The translations under genes were made by a program, and so were the position numbers. The notes under the pieces were generated by a model. It had not been told where the DNA came from. It searched no databases and was given only the letters and a program-made list of their open reading frames with translations. Below are positions 25,571 through 38,765 of a stretch of 64,000 nt of DNA, in pieces. Location of the stretch: assembly GCA_002269645.1 (NCBI GenBank), contig NIVC01000416.1:62001-126000 (forward strand), given 5' to 3'. The first letter of the stretch is position 1, and each line of letters begins with the position of its first letter. This DNA is from Macrostomum lignano. Lineage: Eukaryota.

Positions 25571-25968
25571 TCCTTTAGTGAGGGCCCTTCATCCCAGCCC
25601 GACTAAGCACTAATTCAAAGAAGACCAGCACTTGATTTTCTATCTGTCTCATCAGGAAGTCCTGCATGAAGGAACTCGATTTCCCCTATTGCCTGCTTCG
25701 TGCTCCTCTGCTTTTGATCTCTTCTGCACCGCTAGGTGCGCGCTTCCGAACTTTGATTAGGAATCTTTTTGAAATTGTGTTTTTGACGACTTTTATGCTT
25801 GATTGCCGCTCTTGTAGGTTTTCGATCATTACGCTGGTAAGAGCAATGATTGTACGTGCGTATTTGATTCAGATAGACACCTGGGCGATTCACTACGAGC
25901 GAATTAACCCAAAGATGATCCCGTGTGTGTGTGCTTGTTCTCGATAAGGTTTCAAAGTATTTTGTTCA

Positions 25969-28350
25969 CAAGATTTGCGTTATTATACTTGATAGCTGTC
26001 CAATTAGAATATATGGACTACGTCTCTTTATTTCATTCATCAAATTCGTTTGCTGATTTTTGGTTCCTTCTGATTGATTTGTTGATGCTGTGGTTCCTTC
26101 AGATTGATTTATTGATGCAGTGGTTCCCTCTGATTGATTTGTTGATGCTGTGGTTCCCTCTGATTGATTTATTGATGCTGCGGTTTCATCTGGTTGATTT
26201 GTTGATGCAGTGGTTCCCTCAGATTGATTTGTTGATGCTGTGGTTCCTTCAGATTGATTTATTGATGCAGTGGTTCCTTCAGATTGATTTGTTGATGCAG
26301 TGGTTCCTTCAGATTGATTTGTTGATGCTGTGGTTCCTTCAGATTGATTTGTTGATGCAGTGGTTCCTTCAGATTGATTTGTTGATGCTGTGGTTCCTTC
26401 AGATTGATTTATTGATGCAGTGGTTCCCTCTGATTGATTTTTTGATGCTGTGATTCCTTCAGATTGATTTGTTGATGCAGTGGTTCCTTCAGATTGATTT
26501 GTTGATGCAGTGGTTCCTTCAGATTGATTTGTTGATGCTGTGGTTCCTTCTGATTGATGTATTGATGCAGTGATTCCCTCTGATTGATTTGTTGATGCTG
26601 TGGTTTCTTCAGATTGATTTGTTGATGCTGTGGTTTCTTCAGATTGATTTATTGATGCAATGGTTTCCTCTGATTGATTTGTTGATGCTGTGATTCCTTC
26701 AGATTGATTTGTTGATGCTGTGATTCCTTTAGATTGATTTATTGATGCAATGGTTCCCTCTGATTGATTTATTGATGCTGTGATTCCTTCAGATTGATTT
26801 GTTGATGCTGTGATTCCTTTAGATTGATTTGTTGATGCTGTGGTTCCTTCAGATTGATTTGTTGATGCTGTGGTTCCTTCAGATTGATTTGTTGATGCAG
26901 TGATTCCCTCTGATTGATTTGTTGATGCTGTGGTTTCTTCAGATTGATTTATTGATGCAGTGGTTCCCTCTGATTGATTTGTTGATGCTGTGATTCCTTC
27001 AGATTGATTTATTGATGCAGTGGTTCCTTCTGATTGATTTATTGATGCAGTGGTTTCCTCTGATTGATTTATTGATGCAGTGGTTTCCTCTGATTGATTT
27101 ATTGATGCAGTGGTTTCCTCTGATTGATTTGTTGGTGCTGTGGTTCCTTCAGATTGATTTATTGATGCAGTGGTTCCCTCTGATTGATTTGTTGATGCTG
27201 TGATTCCTTCAGATTGATTTATTGATGCTGTGGTTCCTTCAGATTGATTTATTGATGCAGTGGTTTCCTCTTGTTGATTTATTGATGCAGTGGTTCCCTC
27301 TGATTGATGTATTGATGCTGCGGTTTCCTCTGTTTGATCTATTGATGCTGCGGTTTCCTCTGATTGATTTATTGATGCTGTGATTCCCTCTGATTGATTT
27401 GTTGATGCTGTGATTCCTTCAGATTGATTTATTGATGCTGTGATTCCCTCTGATTGATTTGTTGATGCTGTGATTCCTTCAGATTGATTTATTGATGCTG
27501 TGATTCCCTCTGATTGATTTATTGATGCTGTGATTCCTTTAGATTGATTTATTGATGCAGTGGTTTCCTCTGATTGATTTATTGATGCAGTGGTTCCCTC
27601 TGATTGATTTATTGATGCAGTGGTTCCCTCTGATTGATGTATTGATGCTGCGGTTTCCTCTGTTTGATCTATTGATGCTGCGGTTTCCTCTGATTGATTT
27701 ATTGATGCTGTGATTCCCTCTGATTGATTTGTTGATGCTGTGATTCCTTCAGATTGATTTATTGATGCTGTGATTCCCTCTGATTGATTTGTTGATGCTG
27801 TGATTCCTTCAGATTGATTTATTGATGCTGTGATTCCCTCTGATTGATTTGTTGATGCTGTGATTCCTTCAGATTGATTTATTGATGCTGTGATTCCGTC
27901 TGATTGATTTGTTGATGCTGTGATTCCTTCAGATTGATTTGTTGATGCAGTGGTTCCTTCTGATTGATTTATTGATGCAGTGGTTCCCTCTGATTGATTT
28001 ATTGATGCTGTGATTCCGTCTGATTGATTTGTTGATGCAGTGGTTCCGTCTGATTGATTTGTTGATGCAGTGGTTCCGTCTGATTGATTTGTTGATGCAG
28101 TGGTTCCGTCTGATTGATTTATTGATGCTGTGGTTTCCTCTTGTTGATTTATTGATGCTGTGATTCCTTTAGATTGATTTATTGATGCAGTGGTTTCCTC
28201 TGATTGATTTGTTGATGCTGTGGTTCCCTCTGATTGATTTGTTGTTGCTTCGGTTCCTTCAGATTGATTTGTTGATGCTGTGGTTCCCTCTGATTGATGT
28301 ATTGATGCTGCGGTTCCTTCAGATTGATTTATTGCTTTAGCATCCTCAGT
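25969..28350 (-). CDS. Candidate mucin-like repeat exon: 75 x 30-bp units encoding consensus EGTTASTNQS
   Basis: Stop-free frame of 794 codons between TAA (28351-28353) and TGA (25966-25968). No indels in the array, and several recurrent variants are synonymous. It has no start codon, so it is absent from the ORF track. Splice sites are not firmly identified. Confidence 0.55.
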
Positions 28351-28861
28351 TTAGTTAATTTTCACAAATCAAATGACGTCAACAGGCAGCCGAATATATT
28401 GTACTCGTGGAATTAAAAAAGCAAATAGTTCCAACTGTCAGCTTATAGCATATTTTTCAATTTCCGCTAGTATATTCTTGTCTAATTGAAAAAAATCCGA
28501 CTGATAATGGATATGATTTTGAACATATTTGGAATTCTTCCTAGTATCCTAGTATAAAAAGTTCAAGTTCTCATTTATTTCAACAAAATTCTGGTCGTTA
28601 AAAACACTTTTTTGAAATAAAAATCTGTGCAGAATAGCTAAAAAACTTTATAACATTTCCCGGCTAAAAAGTTGGCATTGATGCAAATTCAAAATTGAGT
28701 TTTTCAAGAACTTAATTGAAAGTTAATGAGACCAAAGAAACTTTTCAGCCAGGGGGCAACGAAGCGGATTCTCTTGCAGGTTGCTGCTAATATTAGACGA
28801 GAGAAAGAGAGGAGAGAAGAAGAGATTAGAGCAAGGGAGATTAGATAAGGGGAGTAGTAAA

Positions 28862-29210
28862 GATAAGAGTAGAGAAGGGGAGAGTAGAGAAGTGGAGAGT
28901 AGAGAAGGGGAGAGTAGAGAAGTGGAGAGTAGAGGAGGGGAGAGTAGAGAAGGGGAGTAGAGGAGGGGAGAGTAGAGAAGGGGAGAGTAGAGAAGTGGAG
29001 AGTAGAGGAGGGGAGAGTAGAGGAAGGGAGAGTAGAGAAGGGGAGAGTAGAGAAGTGGAGAGTAGAGAAGGGGAGAGTAGAGAAGTGGAGAGTAGAGAAG
29101 GGGAGAGTAGAGAAGTGGAGAGTAGAGGAGGGGAGAGTAGAGAAGGGGAGAGTAGAGAAGGGGAGAGTAGAGAAGATGAGAGAAGAGCAGGGGAGAGTAG
29201 AGAAAATAGA
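28862..29210. repeat. 15-bp purine-rich repeat (ggagagtagagaagg)
   Basis: Direct inspection. Confidence 0.9.
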
Positions 29211-29629
29211 GAATTGGGGTAGAATAGAATAGTAAAATAGAGAGCAGAGGGCAGACGCACAAAGTCACTGACAGCGGTATATGAATATGAGAATATCTCA
29301 GACAAAACCAGTCGTAATCAAGACGGACAAGACGGAATTTAAGCAATTTGTTTGCTTCGTCTGACAAAATAATGCGAATTCCTGCGGGAAGCCCCGACCT
29401 ACACGCCTTTCCTGTGACGCAGCTCGGGTTGCTCGACAGAGACATCTGCTCGCTATCATAATTACGAGTAAATTATAATTACCTGCATTAGAGGTGCGGT
29501 TTGTGTTACCCGGTCTTGTGCGGCGCGAATCAGATATAACAGCAGGTGACAGACTGCCCGCTTCTGACCTTGCTTTACTACCATGCCCTCTCGCCTGCCT
29601 ATATGCACCTCTCTTTCCTCTTTCACCCT

Positions 29630-30370
29630 CTACCTCTCCTCTCTCTTCCACTCCTCTCTCTTCCTCTCCTCTCTCTTCCTCTCCTCTCTCTTCCTCTCCT
29701 CTCTCTTCCTCTCCTCTCTCTTCCTCTCCTCTCTCTTCCACTCCTCTCTCTTCCTCTCCTCTCTCTTCCACTCCTCTCTCTTCCTCTCCTCTCTCTTCCT
29801 CTCCTCTCTCTTCCTCTCCTCTCTCTTCCTCTCCTCTCTCTTCCTCTCCTCTCTCTTCCTCTCCTCTCTCTTCCTCTCCTCTCTCTTCCTCTCCTCTCTC
29901 TTCCTCTCCTCTCTCTTCCTCTCCTCTCTCTTCCTCTCCTCTCTCTTCCTCTCCTCTCTCTTCCTCTCCTCTCTCTTCCTCTCCTCTCTCTTCCTCTCCT
30001 CTCTCTTCCTCTCCTCTCTCTTCCTCTCCTCTCTCTTCCTCTCCTCTCTCTTCCTCTCCTCTCTCTTCCTCTCCTCTCTCTTCCTCTCCTCTCTCTTCCT
30101 CTCCTCTCTTTTCCTCTCTTCTCTCTTCCTCTCCTCTCTCTTCCTCTCCTCTCTCTTCCTCTCCTCTCTCTTCCTCTCCTCTCTCTTCCTCTCCTCTCCT
30201 CTCTCTTCCTCTCCTCTCTCTTCCTCTCCTCTCTCTTCCTCTCCTCTCCCTTCCTCTCCTCTTTCTTCCTCTCCTCTCTCTTCCTCTCCTCTCTCTTCCT
30301 CTCCTCTCTCTTCCTCTCCTCTCTCTTCCTCTCCTCTCTCTTCCTCTCCTCTCTCTTCCTCTCCTCTCTC
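29630..30370. repeat. 15-bp polypyrimidine repeat (ctctcttcctctcct)
   Basis: Direct inspection. Confidence 0.95.
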
Positions 30371-30979
30371 TTTATCTACCGCTCGCCCTCTTTCTCTCCC
30401 AGGCTACTTCTTCTCTACCCTCTTTAAATCTCCAATACTCCTTCCTACCTCTCACCGTATTTCTCTATTTTATATTTCACTGCAGTGTCTGCATCTCTCC
30501 TAACCCTCCCTACCTCTCTCCTTTCATCCAATATAGCTCGCCTTCTCCCACTGCTCAACTCCAAGCAATTTGTCATTCTCCCCCCCTTCTCGCCTCTCAT
30601 CTTCTCATGCCCGAATCTTACTGATTTTCCATCCCCTCCGACAGCTGCAGTCATGCAGGCTTCCTCCAACCAGAGAACCTGCTTCGTGCGCCAGCTCTCG
30701 GCCAAAGTTCAGCGGCTCAGCGAAAGCACACTTGAACCCCTCCCTAGAAGCAGTCTATTAGCTCTCGTTGGATGAAAGCCCAGCTGGGGATATCTGCCGC
30801 TCTGAGCAGTCCACACCTGCCTATTTGAGCGGTTCGATGTTTTACGTAGGGAGAGAGAAAAATTACCTTGTTTACTTTCAGCTCGAGATTTTTGCTCTGA
30901 ATCATTCTGGTTGAAGTGAGAGCTCACCTGCTTCTAGCTGATAAACTGCCGGACAAGGTAGGAGACTTGTTGAACTTCA

Positions 30980-31739
<760 letters not shown>

Positions 31740-32269
31740 GAACAGTAATGCTAAAATCTCAATGCTTTTTCTGTTTTTGTCTCCTGTCATGCTGTTTACC
31801 CCTCAGCCTAGTCAAGGCATAGCTGGGTCAGCAGCGATACGAATTTATTATGCTCCTTCTTCAATTCTCGCGAGTTCTGCCCCCAAGGGGTGGCCAGTTG
31901 TCTCAGTTCCAGCTAGTATTCTCAGTTGCCAACTCGGCAAGAAAGTAGCAAGCACAAGGTAGCCTTCTCGGGCCTAGGGCAAGCGCCTGACCTGACAAAA
32001 GTACTAAACCTGTCTCAGGGATTCGCACCTGCCTTCCTCAGAGGCTGAGGAAGCAGCATCTGCCAAGCGAGAAGTTGGCGCAGATGGCCCAGGGTAGAGA
32101 GGACTGATACGAGCTAGATAGGTAGGATTTAAGAGTAAACTATTGTCAAATTAGGATTAGCTAATGCTGACACATGCTTGCGTGAAATCAATTTTTTTAT
32201 CTAATGCATCATTTTACGATTTATTGCGTAATCATTGCACAGGTGTTTTTGATTTGTTACAGTTTAGCA

Positions 32270-33030
32270 AAACCACAGATAAAGAAGGCACAATAATCAA
32301 TGGAAAATATTGTATAAACAAAGCAACTCGTAAACGAAGGCACAGATAAACAAAGGCAGAGATAAACAAAAGCATAGGTAAACGAAGGCACAGATAAACA
32401 AAGGCATAGATAAACAAAAGCATAGGTAAACGAAGTCATAGATAAACAAAGGCATAGATAAACAAAAACATAGATAAACAAAGGCATAGATAAACAAAGG
32501 CATAGATAAACGAAGGCACAGATAAACAAAGGCATAGATAAACGAAGGCATAGATAAACGAAGTCATAGATAAACAAACTATATAAACGAAGTCATAGAT
32601 AAACAAAGGCATAGAAAAACAAAAGGCATAGATAAACGATGTCATAGATAAACAAAGGCATAGAAAAACAAAAGGCATAGATAAACAAAGGCATAGATAA
32701 ACGAAGTCATAGATAAACAAACTATATAAACGAAGTCATAGATAAACAAAGGCATAGAAAAACAAAAGGCATAGATAAACGATGTCATAGATAAACAAAG
32801 GCATAGAAAAACAAAGGCATAGAAAAACAAAGGCATAGATAAACGAAGTCATAGATAAACAAAGGCATAGATAAACAAAGGCATAGATAAACAAAGGCAT
32901 AGATAAACAAAGGCATAGATAAACAAAGGCATAGATAAACAAAGGCATATATAAACAAAGGCATAGAAAAACGAAGGCATAGATAAACGATGTCATAGAT
33001 AAACAAAGGCATAGATAAACGAAGGCACAG
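32270..33030. repeat. 16/17-bp repeat (ggcatagataaacaaa)
   Basis: Direct inspection. Confidence 0.93.
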
Positions 33031-33674
33031 ATATGCAGGTGTAATGTCCGAAGGCAAAGACAGTAGTCAAGTGAGAAACGAAGCGCGAAGCAAGCCTAAT
33101 CCTGCAGTGAAAGAAATTCAATCCGATGGCAGTGTGCGAGGGCTCTAAGATCATAATAGCAGCTGTTAACCCCAACTGCATTAGGTGGCTCAATTAGACG
33201 GCTTTGCCAAGAAGATGGAAGGGAAAATTATGTAAATATACAGTTTTGCTTGACCAGTCTCCGCCCGGTCCTCAGCAGGTATGAAAAGCAAAAGATAAAT
33301 GATGTGTTTTTCGTCGGATAACATTTTCTAAAAATAGTTTGAATCTGTTGAAGATAGGAAAAGGAAAAAATAAATTCAGTTTAACAGTATATTTACGTAC
33401 GATGCAAATATAAGTACAAAATCTACCATATTTAAGGTTGATAAACAAGTTTTAAAGACACTCAGCTCTGTTTCCGATCCAACCAAGTCTTAAGGAAATC
33501 AAAAAAATAAGTTCATTAGCCATCCACGGGCCTCTCTAGATAGAAGCGGAGTCTTCAAAGGGAAAAAGGACTTGAAGTTAAATATCTATGTTGTAATGTC
33601 TAATCAACATAGCTGCCGTGTTATCAAGCCGAGTTTCACATATAAGGGAGATGAAACCCAACCTCTGTGAATAA

Positions 33675-34990
33675 TGAAACGAGGGAAGGACAACCTTCAG
33701 GAACGAGGGAAGGACAACCCTCAGGAACGAGGGAAGGACAACCCTCAGGAACGAGAGAAGGACAACCCTCAGGAAAGAGGGAAGGACAACCCTCAGGAAA
33801 GAGGGAAGGACAACCCTCAGGAAAGAGGGAAGGACAACCCTCAGCAACGAGAGAAGGACAAACCTCAGGAAAGAGGGAAGGACAACCCTCAGGAAAGAGG
33901 GAAGGACAACCCTCAGGAACGAGGGAAGGACAACCCTCGGTGGACACTGGAACGAGGGAAGGACAACCCTCGGTGGACACTGGAACGAGGGAAGGACAAC
34001 CCTCAGGAAAGAGGGAAGGACAACCCTCAGGAAAGAGGGAAGGACAACCCTCAGGAACGAGAGAAGGACAAACCTCAGGAAAGAGGGAAGGACAACCCTC
34101 AGGAAAGAGGGAAGGACAACCCTCAGGAACGAGAGAAGGACAAACCTCAGGAAAGAGGGAAGGACAACCCTCAGGAAAGAGGGAAGGACAACCCTCAGGA
34201 AAGAGGGAAGGACAACCCTCAGGAAAGAGGGAAGGACAACCCTCAGGAACGAGAGAAGGACAAACCTCAGGAAAGAGGGAAGGACAACCCTCAGGAAAGA
34301 GGGAAGGACAACCCTCAGGAACGAGGGAAGGACAACCCTCGGTGGACACTGGAACGAGGGAAGGACAACCCTCGGTGGACACTGGAACGAGGGAAGGACA
34401 ACCCTCAGGAAAGAGGGAAGGACAACCCTCAGGAACGAGAGAAGGACAAACCTCAGGAAAGAGGGAAGGACAACCCTCAGGAAAGAGGGAAGGACAACCC
34501 TCAGGAAAGAGGGAAGGACAACCCTCAGGAACGAGAGAAGGACAAACCTCAGGAAAGAGGGAAGGACAACCCTCAGGAAAGAGGGAAGGACAATTCCCTC
34601 AGGAACGAGGGAAGGACAACCCTCAGGAACGAGGGAAGGACAACCCTCAGGAAAGAGGGAAGGACAACCCTCAGGAAAGAGGGAAGGACAACCTTCGGTG
34701 GACACTGGAACGAGGGAAGGACAACCCTCAGGAAAGAGGGAAGGACAACCCTCGGTGGACACTGTATCGAGGGAAGGACAACCCTCAGGAACGAGGGAAG
34801 GACAACCCTCAGGAAAGAGGGAAGGACAACCCTCAGGAAAGAGGGAAGGACAACCCTCAGGAAAGAGGGAAGGACAACCTTCGGTGGACACTGGAACGAG
34901 GGAAGGACAACCCTCAGGAAAGAGGGAAGGACAACCCTCAGGAACGAGGGAAGGACAACCCTCGGTGGACACTGTATCGAGGGAAGGACA
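33675..34990. repeat. 24/33-bp minisatellite with a GAGGG...CCCTC hairpin
   Basis: Direct inspection; one 2-bp insertion near 34590. Confidence 0.95.
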
Positions 34991-35195
34991 ACAGAAGTTA
35001 AGAAGACCGAAAATATATGAGCTTTTAAGAAATTAGGGTCTCAATAATACTACTTTTCTTATACATTGCAGTAGTCTGGCACGTATTTTTGTAAAAAACT
35101 TCAATAAAAATGCTTTATGACGGATATTGCAAGAAACTTGAATCAGTTCACTCACTCTTCGAATATCTGGTCAATACTACAAGCTCTCTCACACT

Positions 35196-35484
35196 GGGAG
35201 TTGGAGCCTAGTGGTCAGAGCGTCGGACTAACGACTGAAAGGTCGTAGGTTCGATTCTCGACCTACTCGGAACAATTTGTGTCCTTGAGCAAGACACTTA
35301 ATTCAGTTCACCCAGCTGTAAAATGGGTGCCAGCATTAGCTGGGGTTATTGAGGGTGTGTGGCGACCCCCCAGTCCTTGGACTGAACAGCCGTACGCAGC
35401 CTTCAGATGCGTCGCGCAATAGCTGCGGCTGAGCTGTCGGTTGCACATCTGCCTATTAGGGCAGGTGTAATCAATTATTATTAT
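35196..35484 (+). mobile_element. tRNA-derived CORE-type SINE, copy 1
   Basis: A-box tggagcctagtgg, B-box ggttcgattct, a MIR-core-like block tgtgtccttgagcaagacactt...ctgtaaaatggg, and an (att)n tail. Two more copies occur in the window. Confidence 0.8.
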
Positions 35485-35517
35485 CTCACCTCACACTGCA
35501 GACTCGCACCAGCAGAG

Positions 35518-37971
35518 ATGAACGCGAATTTCACGACTGCCACAAATCTGACTGATCCATCAGCGTCAATGCAGCTGTACCTGAGGCACTTGATGTCCGC
35601 TCACCGCGAGGCCCTGTTAAACCGGCCGCTGGCCTTCAGCCTCACCGCCTGCCTGTCCGTCTTGGCCCTCGCTGGCACCATTGGCAACCTGCTGGTCATC
35701 GCTTTCTTCGTGCGCACCCTGAAGGACTGGCCGTCAAATGTGTACGTAGTGGTCCTGGCCGTGCTGGACTTGCTCGTCTGCTGCGTAGTGATCCCGGCGA
35801 CAATTTACCAGGACATCTGGCAGGGCGCCAGCACCGACTTTTCCTGTAAGGCGTTGCATCTTCTCCGCAGCTGCTTGATTCCAGCCTCCGCCTGCCTGCT
35901 CTGCCTCATCGCCGTGGACAGGTTCCTGTTGATTTGCTTCGTGCCGGCGGTGCAGATCCGACCGACTGGCGTCGCCTTTTGGATCGCCTTCGCTATCGCC
36001 ATTGGCGCCCTGGCCGGTGCCCCGGTCGGTCTGTCAACCGGCACGCAGAAGCCCGTGCACATGGCGCTGGACTCCGGCGAGCCGGTCATGCTGGTGCACG
36101 AAGGCCAGCGTTGCCAAGACGATAGCACCGTCAGTAGCATCAATGTGCAGCGCATCTTCAAGCTGATCATCAGCTGCCTATTTGGCTTGACTTTAGTCAC
36201 GGTTGTGGCTTTCTACATCAAAATTTTCACCTTTGTGCGCAACCGCCAGCTGAAGTGGGTCCGCGCCAGGGCGCTCCTGGCTGGCGGCGCCGATGGCAAA
36301 CATAAACGACGCCATCGGCAGCAACAACAGCAGCAACAGCGGCGGCAGAAGAAGTCAATCCAGCTGGCTAAGCACCATCGACGGATGCCCGATCAGTGCC
36401 GTCAGGGAAGCTCCGAGGCCGCGGAGGACAGCTCGGAGGGCTCGAAAAGACGCCGCCGAGGTCCCACTGTGCGTCACTGCTCAACGGGTCGAAGCGAGAT
36501 CGAAATGACTGAATGCACCTCGTTCGGCACGTCGCACGGACAGAAGCGCAACTCTGACGCAGTGTCGACCTCGCTGGCGCCCGCCACCGTGCTAGCGGTG
36601 GCTTCAGTCTCGGACCTGCCGCATTTCAGCTTGTCCGTTGAGACGCCAGCGCAAACCGCTTCAGCTGACGCAGTCACGTCGACTGACGACTCACCAGAAA
36701 AAAAATCGGCAGTTAATGTGAGCCTTGTCGATTGTTTTAAATGCTTTTGTGCTTATTTATTGTGTGCTGTGCTTCGACGAGATTATGCAGTGCTACTCCA
36801 TCATTACTTTAGCTTTAACACCATCGCATCAAATTCAACATCATCGCATCAAATGCAACATTATGGCATCAAATTTAACATCATCGCATCAACTGTAATA
36901 CCATCGCATCAACTGTAACATCATCGCATCAACTGTAATACCATCGCATCAACTGTAACATCATCGCATCAAATGCAACATTATGGCATCAAATTTAACA
37001 TCATCGCATCAACTGTAACACCATCGCATCAACTGTAACACCATCGCATCAACTGTAACACCATCGCATCAACTGTAGCACCATCGCATCAACTGTAGCA
37101 TCATCGCATCAAATTTAACATCATCACATCAACTGTAGCACCATCGCATCAACACTGCCACTTTCCACTTGTCTCTCAGATCGTTGAGGAAGATTCCAAA
37201 GAGAAGCTCAGCCGAAGCGACAACTCACTCGTAGTGCCATTCTGCGCCGGAAGTGGCGACGGCGGAAACAATGACGTTAACTTGTCAATCAGAGGCCCGA
37301 GAAAGTCGAGCAGCTGGAGCTTCCTCAGCAGCCATCAGCAGCAGCCACCTGAACAGCAGCCATCAACGACAACGCCAGAGACACGCAGCCTTCTGGCCGA
37401 TCCCAGACCAGTAGAAGTCGGCGACAGTTTCAAGCAGGACAACCAGGATGTCGATGGCGTCAGTACCGCCACTGTAGTCCACTGCGCCCGTCAGCAACTC
37501 GAAGAACGCCGACGGAAGAAGCCGCACATCAAGACGGCAAAAATGTTGGCGGTAATCACGTGTTTCTACCTACTCTCCTACCTGCCCTTTCTAGTGCTTT
37601 TTAACTATCCCGGAATGGGTCTGCCGAAGCGAAACGTGTCGCTTCAGATGCAATTTTCCGTTGCTCACGGCGATCAAGACGTGTCGTCACTGTTGCTTGG
37701 CAACCAAAGCTACCTGGGCAACTTCAGCCGCGAAGGCGATCGGCTTTCGTCCAGCGACCCTTTTCAAGGCGGCCAGTTTGTGAACAGCTTCGCTGATGAA
37801 CAGCAGGCTGACGGTGACACCGAGTCCAGCTGGATTCGCAACCTGGTTCAGGTGTTTTTCTACTTCTATTTTATTAATCACGGCGTTAATCCCATTATTT
37901 ACGGCTGCATGAACACCTGTTTTCGGCGTCATATTAGCGGCATGTACGGCAATATGAAGCATCCATGCTGA
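35518..37971 (+). CDS. Orphan class A (rhodopsin-like) GPCR with very long ICL3 and ECL3. Exons 35518-36717 and 37180-37971
   Basis: Seven hydrophobic segments with GTIGN (TM1), LAVLD (TM2), CKALH and IAVDRF (TM3 DRY-like), KTAKML...SYLPF (TM6) and NHGVNPIIY (TM7). Phase-0 intron AAT|GTGAGC ... ctctcag|ATC. Start assigned to MNANFTT at 35518; the 35407 ATG lies inside a SINE. Confidence 0.9.
36820..37155. repeat. 19-bp minisatellite (catcgcatcaactgtaaca) in the GPCR intron
   Basis: Direct inspection. Confidence 0.93.
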
Positions 37972-38166
37972 AGTTACTATACGAGCCGTAGATCAGCTAC
38001 TGATATGGTTGCTGAGTTTATTTTATTTGTATGGAACTGAGAACAAGCTAATTGTCATTGTTCACTAGTTCGCTCGGTCTCTCGTTCATTTACGAGCCTA
38101 GCACCTGAGAAACAACCATTCCATCTGATAACACACTATAAGCCGCAATGAGACAACTATGAGTCC

Positions 38167-38765
38167 TTAATCCGATAGGCCACCATCAGTTAATCCGATA
38201 GGCCACAATCAGTTAATCCGATAGGCCACCATCAGTTAATCCGATAGGCCACCATCAGTTAATCCGATAGGCCACCATCAGTTAATCCGATAGGCCACCA
38301 TCAGCTAATCCGATAGGCCACCATCAGTTAATCCGATAGGCCACCATCAGCTAATCCGATAGGCCACCATCAGTTTATCCGATAGGCCACCATCAGTTAA
38401 TCCGATAGGCCACCATCAGTTTATCCGATAGGCCACCATCAGTTAATCCGATAGGCCACCATCAGTTAATCCGATAGGCCACCATCAGTTAAGCTGATAG
38501 GCCACAATCAGCTAATCCGATAGGCCACCATCAGTTAATCCGATAGGCCACCATCAGCTAATCCGATAGGCCACCATCAGTTTATCCGATAGGCCACCAT
38601 CAGTTAATCCGATAGGCCACCATCAGTTTATCCGATAGGCCACCATCAGTTAATCCGATAGGCCACCATCAGTTAATCCGATAGGCCACCATCAGTTAAG
38701 CTGATAGGCCACCATCAGTTAATCCGATAGGCCACCATCAGTTAATCTGATAGACCATCATCAGG
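38167..38765. repeat. 23-bp minisatellite (taatccgataggccaccatcagt)
   Basis: Direct inspection. Confidence 0.95.

Noticed and set aside
33578-35036. Long ORFs on both strands (GKREGQPS / QERGKDNP repeats) as a possible adhesive-type protein
   Set aside because: Several frames are open only because the unit lacks stops, and a 2-bp insertion near 34590 shifts all frames. There is no frame-specific signal, unlike the 26-28 kb array. Coding is not fully excluded.
35196-35270. tRNA gene
   Set aside because: The tRNA-like head lacks a proper acceptor stem, runs into a CORE domain and tail, and occurs in three dispersed copies, so it is a SINE.
35407-35517. GPCR N-terminal extension predicted by the ORF track
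   Set aside because: It derives from the SINE tail and crosses a likely splice acceptor; MNANFTT at 35518 is the more plausible start.
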